Shown: in pieces, positions 20,907-29,364 of the stretch | How positions within the stretch are numbered: the first letter of the stretch is position 1 | Layout: every line of letters begins with the position of its first letter | Source of the DNA: an uncultured Candidatus Saccharibacteria bacterium | GTDB taxonomy: Bacteria > Patescibacteriota > Minisyncoccia > Phycocordibacterales > DATDWN01 | NCBI GenBank assembly: GCA_964603545.1 | Contig: CAZRVD010000003.1 | Span: forward strand, 4,945 to 68,944 | Direction of reading: 5' to 3' | DNA: 64,000 bases | Made by a program: the position numbers and the translations under genes | Notes under the pieces: model-generated | Told to the model about the DNA's origin: nothing | What the model saw: only the letters and a program-made list of their open reading frames with translations | Databases searched by the model: none

Positions 20907-21278
20907 TTATTTTAAGAAAAACAGATATGCACCTACTAGTATAGCAGCAACTCCATAAAATCCGAAAAATCCTCTATATTTTCTAACAATTCCTTCACTT
21001 AATGTCTTAGGAGCAAAAATATAAACTAGTCCCTTGACCAATACGAGCCACGCAAACAAAGTTACTAGTGTTTTCCATGTTCCATCCCAAAGATTATATT
21101 GAATCAAATACATTGATGATAGAAAAACTAATATAACTCCTGTTAGATAAACAGTAGCAGGGTGACCAAAAAAATCATTAAGTAAATGTGGAATACTTTT
21201 TTGTTTGAAAAGTAGAAATAAACCACTAACCACCAAATAAATTGATAGAATTTTTAAAGTTAAAAGTGAGACGTCCAT
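20907..21278 (-). CDS. 4-TM membrane protein
   Basis: Four hydrophobic helices. Confidence 0.7.
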   Translation of the reverse strand: MDVSLLTLKILSIYLVVSGLFLLFKQKSIPHLLNDFFGHPATVYLTGVILVFLSSMYLIQYNLWDGTWKTLVTLFAWLVLVKGLVYIFAPKTLSEGIVRKYRGFFGFYGVAAILVGAYLFFLK

Positions 21279-21442
21279 ATTTTTTATTTAATTGTAATGA
21301 CTTAATTATAACAAATGTATAAATTTATATGACACTACGCTATCCACTTTCAAAAATTCTAGAAAATCACCGACAAAACAAAGCCACGTCGATGCGTGGC
21401 TTAGATTTCCAAGGGAACCAGTCTTGCCAGTCGTGCCAGGGT

Positions 21443-21679
21443 CTAGACCTGCCGACGACACGGGTCGCCGGAGCAGATGTTTACAAACTTGCATCTGCTA
21501 CAGTCCAGATTTGGGTCTGAAAACCCACCAACTCCATCCCGATTCTCCGTCATTGCGATCGTGCGCCTGTTGGCATCATTGGAGAACATTACTGCCTCTG
21601 ATGATGACATGCCCACCATGGCAAGAACCGAGAACTGCTGTGCGATAGCCTCTCTTATCTGACGTGACTTGAATGCCAT
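21443..21679 (-). CDS. GC-rich small Cys-cluster hypothetical protein
   Basis: GGGAGGG SD; promoter TTGACA(21737-32)..TAGAAT; CSRCKFVNIC...C; terminator at 21381-21402. Confidence 0.6.
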   Translation of the reverse strand: MAFKSRQIREAIAQQFSVLAMVGMSSSEAVMFSNDANRRTIAMTENRDGVGGFSDPNLDCSRCKFVNICSGDPCRRQV

Positions 21680-21733
21680 AACCCTGACCCTCCCCATACA
21701 TCCTTTTTTATTCTATTCCTCCTGTTTAATCTG

Positions 21734-22642
21734 TCAATTTTTTTTAAAAAAAGTTTTGTTTATGTCAAAGTTAAAAATTTTATCTCCCACAATAAAACAT
21801 ATGCGCTGAAGTGGTTTGTAGTTGGAAATAAATTCCGTTTCTTTTATTTTTCCATCCGCATAAATAATTTCATAATTAATTTTTGCTGTATAACCTATTT
21901 GTGGAGTATTTATACATTCGCTTTGACCTTCTTCAAGCTCAGGAATCCATATGTATTTGGTTGGCAAAATATTTTTTATATTTGTTATCTCTGCTTCTGA
22001 AGTACTAGCAACTCTACCATCTTTTGTTCCATATATTTCAAAAATGGCATTTAAATTTTCTGTCCTACCTTTTATCATTATGGGATTCGCTGTGTCGTTT
22101 ACAAATTTAAAGTCTGGGCCAGGGTCAGAATAAGTTGCGTCCAACCCCACATCATACAAGGACACGGTGAAACTATGATTCGCTCGCTCTGTTACAGGTA
22201 GAGCCGAAGCCATTGCCGTCATAAAAAGTAGAGTTGAAACTTGGCAAAGCCCCCCACCAATACCTTTTGTTACTTCTCCATTCAAAAAAATCCTTTCTAC
22301 ACTCCAGCCATCTTCCACAGTTGTTGTACCTAGAGCTTTTTTAAAAGAGAATTCTTCTCCAGGAGCAAGTTTTATACCGTTCATTCTGCTAATACCAAGT
22401 TCTATATTTTTATGTCGTCCCTCTGTTCCTCCGGCATAAGATAGTTGTGCTCGACCCAGTAGGTCTTTACCGATTTCTTCTTCTTTTATGGGGGTTACCG
22501 CAACTTCTGGAATTTTTGTTTCGGTTTTTATTTCTATATTTTGTGGTTTGGGTTTACCAAGAAGTCCAAAAAGAAAAAGGATGAGAAGACAAAAAACCAA
22601 AAAGTATGTGACTGATTTCGTACTATGGTTTTTCGGGTCCAT
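21734..22642 (-). CDS. VanW-family protein
   Basis: PGEEFSF, GGGLCQVST, ERANHS, GLDAT, DFKFVN. Confidence 0.9.
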   Translation of the reverse strand: MDPKNHSTKSVTYFLVFCLLILFLFGLLGKPKPQNIEIKTETKIPEVAVTPIKEEEIGKDLLGRAQLSYAGGTEGRHKNIELGISRMNGIKLAPGEEFSFKKALGTTTVEDGWSVERIFLNGEVTKGIGGGLCQVSTLLFMTAMASALPVTERANHSFTVSLYDVGLDATYSDPGPDFKFVNDTANPIMIKGRTENLNAIFEIYGTKDGRVASTSEAEITNIKNILPTKYIWIPELEEGQSECINTPQIGYTAKINYEIIYADGKIKETEFISNYKPLQRICFIVGDKIFNFDINKTFFKKN

Positions 22643-22708
22643 AAATCAAGTATAACAGGGTTGTAGAATTTTTTGACTATACCGTACATAGGAGTAACAT
22701 TGTGTAAG

Positions 22709-23740
22709 ATGAAAACTTACTACTCTCTACTCGACGGGGTACGATTCTTTGCAGCTTTTTGGGTAATGAATTTTCACTACTTGTTTAACCAATCAGGAGA
22801 TCTGGAATGGTACAGATATGGTAATCTGGGAGTACAACTCTTTTTTATAATCAGCGGATTTGTTATCGTCCAGTCGTTGCACGGTAAAACACTTAAAGAC
22901 TTTGCTGTGGGACGTTTCCTACGACTCTTTCCACTTTTTTGGATACTTTGTACTGCAACATATTTGATAACACTATTAATCCCAGACACTAGCACAGTAA
23001 GTTTTACAGAATACCTACGAAGCATGACAATGTTCGGAGATTTATTTAATGGTATTGTTGGTTACACTCGATTAATTGACCCTTCATACTGGACACTTAC
23101 AGTAGAACTAATTTTTTACATAGCAATAGGAATTTTCACTTATTTTTTTAGAAGTAAAAATATTAGATACTTTCTAGGATTTTGGTTAGTACTTAGCGGA
23201 ATAGCTTTTGTGCTCAAGATTGATCACAACTTTTTTGTAAAACTTTTTCTAGTTCGACATGCATCATATTTTGCCTTTGGCGGTGCGCTAGCACTTCTTG
23301 CGACAAAACAAGCTGAAAATATTTATGAAAGATATATAGATTGGTCTCTGCTTTTTATTAGTAGTATTTACGCAACAATCATTCATCCTAGAGCATTAGA
23401 ACCCTACTACACCATTAATCCCCTCGACACAAATATTATTACAATTTTACACATTATATTTTTTGTCTTGGTTCCAGTTCTTGTTTATTCATCATCTAAA
23501 GTAAAAAATATAAAAACTATTCACCTCCTTTCTATTTTAGGTGGTATTACTTATCCTCTATATCTTCTCCATCAGAAAATCGGTAACGCTTTAATCAATT
23601 TTATTATTTCTAAAAATCAAAACTTTTCCTGGAATCATGTTTCAATAGGTTTTGAGGTGGTTATTATATTTATAGCTTATTTTGCTTATATTCAGGATAA
23701 AAAACTACGAATCTGGTTAAAAGAAAAATATTTTAAGTAA
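22709..23740 (+). CDS. Acyltransferase-3 (OafA-like) membrane O-acyltransferase
   Basis: LDGVRFFA, GVQLFFIISGF, RFLRLFP, WTLTVELIFY, YPLYLLHQ. Confidence 0.92.
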   Translation: MKTYYSLLDGVRFFAAFWVMNFHYLFNQSGDLEWYRYGNLGVQLFFIISGFVIVQSLHGKTLKDFAVGRFLRLFPLFWILCTATYLITLLIPDTSTVSFTEYLRSMTMFGDLFNGIVGYTRLIDPSYWTLTVELIFYIAIGIFTYFFRSKNIRYFLGFWLVLSGIAFVLKIDHNFFVKLFLVRHASYFAFGGALALLATKQAENIYERYIDWSLLFISSIYATIIHPRALEPYYTINPLDTNIITILHIIFFVLVPVLVYSSSKVKNIKTIHLLSILGGITYPLYLLHQKIGNALINFIISKNQNFSWNHVSIGFEVVIIFIAYFAYIQDKKLRIWLKEKYFK

Positions 23741-23770
23741 ACAAACAAATGAATTCCTATTGCTTAAACC

Positions 23771-24949
23771 CTACTGGGTAGAAAAGCATTCCTTTTGACC
23801 TAAATCTTTTTTGGTTAATGTTGAAAGATTAACTGTTATTTTTGACATTATTACTGCACCTAGACCATCAGCGGTATATTCACTAAGAGATGGACAATTT
23901 TTAGTGGTTACTTTTTCACTAGTTACTGATAAATATGTGATGTTATCACCTATTTGTGTTACGGGTCCTCTATACAAATCAGTAAAAACTTTCTTACGAG
24001 AGTTTAAATCATAAACTATCAACTCCCTAGGTGGAGGTGCTGTTCCACTATCCAACAGAAGAAAATTATCAGTAAAAGCTAGAAAATATTCTGCTGAAAC
24101 ATTTTTTAATTCAAAATCTTCATTTTCAACTTTATAAACACAAGGCATAATCTGATTTAGATTTGTTTTGTATTTAATTAAAATATCTGAACCTACTGAA
24201 TCAGTTAAACTTTTTTCTATAACAAAGTACTTTGGTGAATCGTGACACTCTAAACTAGCAGAAACACTTTGAACCTTATTATTTTTTATATAAACAGTTT
24301 GTTTTACTCTTTCTTCACCGCGTTCAAACATAATGTCATATGATCCAAATTCTTCATATGAGTTAAAGGAAACAACGGTCAGAGCGTAACTGCGACCAAT
24401 ATAATTAACTGCCATTTTTGCAGCTTTCATAATATCTGGAGTCATATCAAAAGCACGAATACAAGCACCAACATCTTTACTGAATGCATATCCAGCAGAA
24501 ATAAGACATCCTTCACTATCCCTATCACCCCCGATAACATTAGCTTTTTTTATAATAAACTGCTCGCTCTCTCCTGAAATCGGATTTGTGATTGGAATAG
24601 ATGCGTAACTAGTTATATCTAAAATATAGTTTCCTTCCGGATACATATTAGATACTGTCCACTCATGGCTCCCTGTGTTTGGAAGATTTATAAAAATTAT
24701 TGGGTCAAATTCTTGTCCTTCTTCTTGTAATGGTGGCGGGGGTATTCTTCTTATTGATACGGAAATCTTATATGATTCCGGAATATTTTTTGTTTCCCAT
24801 TCTATTTTTTGAATTGAACCAATGACTACAACATCTCCAGTTTTTGGAGAAAGAACTTTAACACTTTGGTCATTGTTATTTTTTAATACATAAATCAAAC
24901 CATAAATAGTAATAGCTAAGACGATGATAAAAATTAGAGCTTTTTTCAT
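23771..24949 (-). CDS. Membrane-anchored multidomain surface protein
   Basis: N-terminal TM, Ig-like segment (SPKTGD...W...NTGSHEW), IGGDRDSEGCLISAGY motif. Confidence 0.65.
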   Translation of the reverse strand: MKKALIFIIVLAITIYGLIYVLKNNNDQSVKVLSPKTGDVVVIGSIQKIEWETKNIPESYKISVSIRRIPPPPLQEEGQEFDPIIFINLPNTGSHEWTVSNMYPEGNYILDITSYASIPITNPISGESEQFIIKKANVIGGDRDSEGCLISAGYAFSKDVGACIRAFDMTPDIMKAAKMAVNYIGRSYALTVVSFNSYEEFGSYDIMFERGEERVKQTVYIKNNKVQSVSASLECHDSPKYFVIEKSLTDSVGSDILIKYKTNLNQIMPCVYKVENEDFELKNVSAEYFLAFTDNFLLLDSGTAPPPRELIVYDLNSRKKVFTDLYRGPVTQIGDNITYLSVTSEKVTTKNCPSLSEYTADGLGAVIMSKITVNLSTLTKKDLGQKECFSTQ

Positions 24950-25076
24950 AACTACATTTTACCATTATTAACTTGAAATGGCTTAATTAAGAGAATTGGG
25001 TGTTTGAGGGATTAAATTTATATAAAGACGAAGACCGCTGGGCGAACCATGCGGTCTTAACGAGTGAGAGTCTGAA

Positions 25077-25250
25077 CTAGGAGAGACTCAGGATGGCCGT
25101 TGCGAACGCATACGAAGTTCGCAACGTTGTCTCGTCATCCATTGTTCCGTTTGCCATTGCATCTGCAGTTTCGCTGCCGAGACATGCACGGAAAAAACCA
25201 GGCTCCGCCGCCTTCTCTCTCAACCAAGCGACAATCTCGCTTTTAACCAT
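25077..25250 (-). CDS. GC-rich small hypothetical protein, 57 aa (not in the ORF track)
   Basis: GAGGAGGAG SD; MVKSEIVAWLREKAAEPGFFRACLGSETADAMANG...; TTGACA at 25301-25296; terminator at 25031-25058. Confidence 0.65.
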   Translation of the reverse strand: MVKSEIVAWLREKAAEPGFFRACLGSETADAMANGTMDDETTLRTSYAFATAILSLS

Positions 25251-25356
25251 CGGCTTCTCCTCCTCTGATTATCAGAATATCATGTTAATCGGATTTGTCA
25301 AGTTTGTGGACCATAGGACTCTTCCTTCATTCTGTTTCGCCGTCGCTTAACAGAAT

Positions 25357-25500
25357 TCAGGACGCAGATTCACGACAAGCGCTACTGCGCTCGTAAACCG
25401 TGAATCTGTTCGAGTCCTGACGTAAAGCTTTGCTTTACTTCGGGTCCACAACGAAAAAAGCGCCTCTCGGCGTTTTCGTTGTGGACCCGACAGGACTCGA
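25357..25500. repeat. Nested inverted repeats, including an inverted copy of the tRNA-Ala 3' half
   Basis: Plus strand GTTCGAGTCCTG-[20 nt hairpin]-TCGGGTCCACAACGAAAA mirrors the tRNA T-arm, acceptor strand and trailer. Confidence 0.75.
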
Positions 25501-25554
25501 ACCTGCCACCCCATCATTGCAAATGATGTGCTCTACCAGATGAGCTACGGGCCC
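25482..25554 (-). tRNA. tRNA-Ala (TGC)
   Basis: GGGCCCGTAGCTCATCTGGTAGAGCACATCATTTGCAATGATGGGGTGGCAGGTTCGAGTCCTGTCGGGTCCA: cloverleaf, G3:U70, CCA not encoded. Confidence 0.96.
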
Positions 25555-25761
25555 ATTATGCCTAAGTAAATTAAACTGCTTTAATTTACTTTGGACTTAT
25601 GGGAGCCAGAGACATGTTTCGCTACCAAGCTAAACAGTCGAGGCGGGGTCGCGGAATTCTGCGAACGACGGTGAGCAAAATATCTGTGACCTAATGAAGA
25701 TTACCAAAATTATTTACAAAATTCAAGCGGGCACTTCGCGTGCCCGCTCGTGTGAGCTGTA

Positions 25762-26019
25762 CTACTTCTTTCGCTTGAGCTCGGCCAGTTCGTGTGAGGT
25801 CTCGTTCAACTGCGCACGAAGAGAAGCGATGAGCTTCACGGCTTCACTATTCTCCTTAAGGAGTCTTTTCAGCTCATCTTTGTGCTCGTTCCGCTTTGCA
25901 AAGTACTCACGAGCCTGGAAATTCCTGTTGTTCACTAAGGTTTGAACCTGTCGTTTGGTACGAGACTTGCGGTCTTTACGCGGTGGAAGTTCCTCGAGTC
26001 TTTTTCTGGTTTTGCCCAT
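25762..26019 (-). CDS. GC-richer basic coiled-coil hypothetical protein
   Basis: GGAGG SD; promoter TTGACT-17-TAAGCT; terminator at 25726-25748. Confidence 0.65.
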   Translation of the reverse strand: MGKTRKRLEELPPRKDRKSRTKRQVQTLVNNRNFQAREYFAKRNEHKDELKRLLKENSEAVKLIASLRAQLNETSHELAELKRKK

Positions 26020-26146
26020 CAGCGTTATCCTCCGTCTGGTAGATAGCTTATTGGTTTAAGACAGACTAGTCAACTTTGGTTAAAATTTCTTTCATTTACA
26101 AATAACAATAATAATGCTTTTATATTATGCGGAAATGGAGGTGGGT

Positions 26147-26584
26147 GTGGAAATCGATGCGACGATACTGATGACCAGGCAAGTTCGACTGGAAGCCAGG
26201 ATGAGACAAAATGACATCACCAGGCAAACCATCAACAAGGTTCGAAGGGTAATGGAGGAAAGGGGCTACCGTCCCGTGACTGGAGCAGACCTGATTCCCA
26301 ACCAGGAAGCTGTCCAGATTGAAATTAGCACCTGGTTCGAAGAGGGTCGACTCATGGGTGAATTTGGGGTTGCCCCAGGGACTACCATCGTGACACTCAG
26401 TGACCCACCGGTCAGAAAAATAACTGCTCCCGGGAAGTCGACCAACATGGTCTTCTTTCGTTGCGTGAAGCCAGAAAGCTCAATCGAAATGAGCATGCCG
26501 GCATACGAATTCATTCAGGAACAGTTCCAAACACGAGACCCCCAGGGTCACACCAACCTCGCCAGATACTTCGTCAAGATATGA
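26147..26584 (+). CDS. GC-richer hypothetical protein
   Basis: GGAGGTG SD before GTG 26147; hairpin plus T-run at 26622-26657. Confidence 0.6.
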   Translation: MEIDATILMTRQVRLEARMRQNDITRQTINKVRRVMEERGYRPVTGADLIPNQEAVQIEISTWFEEGRLMGEFGVAPGTTIVTLSDPPVRKITAPGKSTNMVFFRCVKPESSIEMSMPAYEFIQEQFQTRDPQGHTNLARYFVKI

Positions 26585-26663
26585 AGGAGGGCGATGAAAG
26601 CAAAACGAGCTACGACAAGGAGGAGCTACGGCACTCTCCGGTCGGGCTCTTTCTTTTATAAAA

Positions 26664-27665
26664 TTATCTACTATTTAGAGAAAGTAAAAGTACGTGGTGG
26701 AGAAAATCTTTTACAGACGAGCCGACAGACTTAAGTGCAAGCGGAAAAAGAGAATTTTTTGCCATACCCGGAAGAGTATTAACTTCTAGAAAATAAACTC
26801 CCCTCTTTGGTGAGACAATAAAATCTGATCTTGAATAGTGTCGTAGTCCCAAGTGGTCATGAACTAGTGTGGCAAGAGCTTCCATTTCTCTTTTTTCTTT
26901 TGCTGTAAAATTTCCAGGACAAATTTCCTGACTTTCGCCATTGTATTTTGAATTGTAATCCCAAAAATCTGTATCTTTTTCTTTGTTAGAATTCTCACCT
27001 TTGTATCTTATTTCCACAGGAGGTAGAGAATATGTTTTACTGTTTCTAAAATTTTCTATCACTCCCACAGTTGCTTCTTTTCCAACAATAAACTCCTCAA
27101 CCAAAGCGTCCGACTGCAAAGATAAAACCTCATAAAGTGCATTATAAAAATCAACATAGGTGTTTACTATTTTTATTCCAAGAGAAGACCCGCCTTGAGT
27201 AGGTTTTACAACAAGTGGTCCTGGGATTGAATTGAAAATTTCTTTTGATTTAGCCTTTAAATCATCAGTCTGTCTTACTAATGCATATGTTGGAGTTTTT
27301 ATTCCAAAATTTTTTAAATGTTCCTTTGTTAGCCATTTATTCATAGCAAGAGCTGATGAATACTTGCCAGAACCGTTATGTTTCACCCCGTGATGAGCTA
27401 GAAGTTCTTGTAGTTTTCCGTCTTCACCATACTGCCCATGTAAAGCGTTCCAAACAACATCTACATTTTTTAAAATTTTCTCTGGTGACTTTTCTACTCC
27501 ATGCATGTGCCAAGACCCATCTTTTGAAATAAAAATGTCTATTGGTCTATGAGTTTCAGAAAGTAGTTCTAGAACATGGGCACCGCCAAGTAGAGATACT
27601 TCGTACTCGTTTGATGGTCCTCCACGTATCACCCCAATTCTAAGTGAGTCTGGTAATGTTTGCAT
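26664..27665 (-). CDS. ddl: D-alanine--D-alanine ligase
   Basis: GGPSNEYEVS, LHGQYGEDG, VKPTQGGSS, FLEVNTLPG. Confidence 0.95.
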   Translation of the reverse strand: MQTLPDSLRIGVIRGGPSNEYEVSLLGGAHVLELLSETHRPIDIFISKDGSWHMHGVEKSPEKILKNVDVVWNALHGQYGEDGKLQELLAHHGVKHNGSGKYSSALAMNKWLTKEHLKNFGIKTPTYALVRQTDDLKAKSKEIFNSIPGPLVVKPTQGGSSLGIKIVNTYVDFYNALYEVLSLQSDALVEEFIVGKEATVGVIENFRNSKTYSLPPVEIRYKGENSNKEKDTDFWDYNSKYNGESQEICPGNFTAKEKREMEALATLVHDHLGLRHYSRSDFIVSPKRGVYFLEVNTLPGMAKNSLFPLALKSVGSSVKDFLHHVLLLSLNSR

Positions 27666-27683
27666 TTATATATTATACACAAA

Positions 27684-28922
27684 CTATATCTTATTCCTTA
27701 GTAATTTGTGGAAACCAACCGCGTATCTATGTGCCTCAGCATTTGAAAGAAGTATTTCCCTTTCATATTTCAACCATTTTTTATCTCCCAATATTTCTTT
27801 CGCTCTGTGCCTCTCATCTTTTACAACAGAAACTATGGGAATATCTAGATTGTGTTCTTTTAAGACTCTTTCCATTACTCTCTTTTGCGCGACTCCCCCG
27901 TCTACAACGACAAGATCTGGAAATCTCCACTCTATATGTCCAAGTCTACGCGAAAGCACTTCACTTAATGCTTTTGTATCGTTTACTCCAGGACTTTCTT
28001 TGATTTTAAATTTTCTATAATCAGATTTTTTTATTTCTCCATCTTCCACCACAGTCATCACTCCAACAACATTTTCCCCAGACATATGAGCAATATCATA
28101 TGACTCAATTCGAAAACTGTGCAACATCGGATGTTGCACAAGTTTGCCTTCTTCTTTTATTAAAGACACATCCTGGATATGATTTAAAGTAAATAATGTA
28201 CGTTTAGTAATGTTTGCCTCCTCAAACTTTTTTTCTTTCGCGAAACTTCGCATTTGTTTCTCAAGGTTTTTCACTAGTTTCTTTTTATCTCCTTCAAAAA
28301 ACAGTTTTATGTTTTCAATTTGCTTCACATAATTCTCTTTTGAAATTTCACCAGTACAAACTCCAGGACAAAGTCCTATCTGGCGGTTGAAGCAAGGCTT
28401 ACCTGTGTTTGGTTCACATTTGTCACGAAAAGGAAACATTTTACGAACAATTTTCAAGGCTTCTTTTAATTGTGTTCCGTTTGGAAAAGGTCCAAATGAA
28501 TATGATATTTCATATTTTTCATCCTTAAGAAAATGCGAGTTTAAAAGTTCTCTACCACGTAGAATCAAAACTCTAGGAAATTCCTCATTTGTGACAGCAA
28601 CAAAGTTAAAACTTTTGTTGTCTTTCTCTTTTAAATTAGCCTCGGGTTGATATTTTTTTATCAAATGAGCTTCTAAAACAAGAGCCTCCAATACTGAGTC
28701 TGTTTTTGTAAAATTGATTGTACTAAACCCTCTCAACATTTTAGAAATAAGTGGTGAGCGCGTATTTACAATATCTTTATTGAAATAGCTTTTAACTCGA
28801 TCTTTTAGTGAAGTGGCTTTGCCTATATACAATATCTTTCCTTTTTTATTCAAGAAAAAATACACCCCAGGTGAATCTGGCAGTTTAGCTAAAATTTTCT
28901 TTGACGTTTGACTTTTCTTCAT
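27684..28922 (-). CDS. uvrC: Excinuclease ABC subunit C, short form
   Basis: LPDSPGVY, YIGKA..L..RV.SYF, RIESYDIAH, PDLVVVDGG, EAHRYA. Start reassigned to ATG 28922. Confidence 0.93.
   Translation of the reverse strand: MKKSQTSKKILAKLPDSPGVYFFLNKKGKILYIGKATSLKDRVKSYFNKDIVNTRSPLISKMLRGFSTINFTKTDSVLEALVLEAHLIKKYQPEANLKEKDNKSFNFVAVTNEEFPRVLILRGRELLNSHFLKDEKYEISYSFGPFPNGTQLKEALKIVRKMFPFRDKCEPNTGKPCFNRQIGLCPGVCTGEISKENYVKQIENIKLFFEGDKKKLVKNLEKQMRSFAKEKKFEEANITKRTLFTLNHIQDVSLIKEEGKLVQHPMLHSFRIESYDIAHMSGENVVGVMTVVEDGEIKKSDYRKFKIKESPGVNDTKALSEVLSRRLGHIEWRFPDLVVVDGGVAQKRVMERVLKEHNLDIPIVSVVKDERHRAKEILGDKKWLKYEREILLSNAEAHRYAVGFHKLLRNKI
28118..28140. repeat. Palindrome family B (TGTGCAACATCGGATGTTGCACA), inside uvrC
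   Basis: Identical 23-mers at 57258 and 59618. Confidence 0.9.
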
Positions 28923-28956
28923 TTTATCATCATCATTATACACGGAGGGAAGGTGA

Positions 28957-29091
28957 ATGCACCTACAAACCAATTTGGCGTTTTGGGTTCTCGTCGGTGG
29001 TCTTGGACTTCTCATCATCTGGAAGAGACACAGGTTGATGGACAGGATTCTTGACGTGATGGACAGCATAGACGAAATACTTGGGTGGTGA
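28957..29091 (+). CDS. Small single-TM protein, 44 aa (not in the ORF track)
   Basis: GGAGGGAAGG SD; MHLQTNLAFWVLVGGLGLLIIWKRHRLMDRILDVMDSIDEILGW; terminator at 29108-29148. Confidence 0.65.
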   Translation: MHLQTNLAFWVLVGGLGLLIIWKRHRLMDRILDVMDSIDEILGW

Positions 29092-29203
29092 CATCCAACG
29101 AGAGCACACGGGTGCTGGGAGACCTATCTCCTGGCATGCCGTTTTTTTATCTTGACTTAACAGCATTTGGATTGTAGCATAAACAGAAGGAGACCTAGAC
29201 ACC

Positions 29204-29314
29204 ATGATCAGAACCCTTTTGATTATAGCCGGGTTTTGTGTGGTCGCGGGAGTAGTTGTCTGGTGTGTAGAACACCTATACGGTGGAACACCAGGCAGGA
29301 ATATCGGCGACTAA
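29204..29314 (+). CDS. Small single-TM protein, 36 aa (not in the ORF track)
   Basis: TTGACT-17-TAGCAT promoter; AAGGAG SD; MIRTLLIIAGFCVVAGVVVWCVEHLYGGTPGRNIGD; terminator at 29321-29356. Confidence 0.6.
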   Translation: MIRTLLIIAGFCVVAGVVVWCVEHLYGGTPGRNIGD

Positions 29315-29364
29315 TGCGCACACGTGTGCCGGGAAGTGATTCCCGGCGCCGTTTTTCATTTATT

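Noticed and set aside
25408-25458. Second tRNA gene or prophage attR
   Set aside because: Only the 3' half is present, it is interrupted, and it is inverted rather than direct.
28923-29069. N-terminal extension of UvrC in the ORF track
   Set aside because: It is the antisense of the 44-aa cassette gene; the GIY-YIG domain starts right after ATG 28922.
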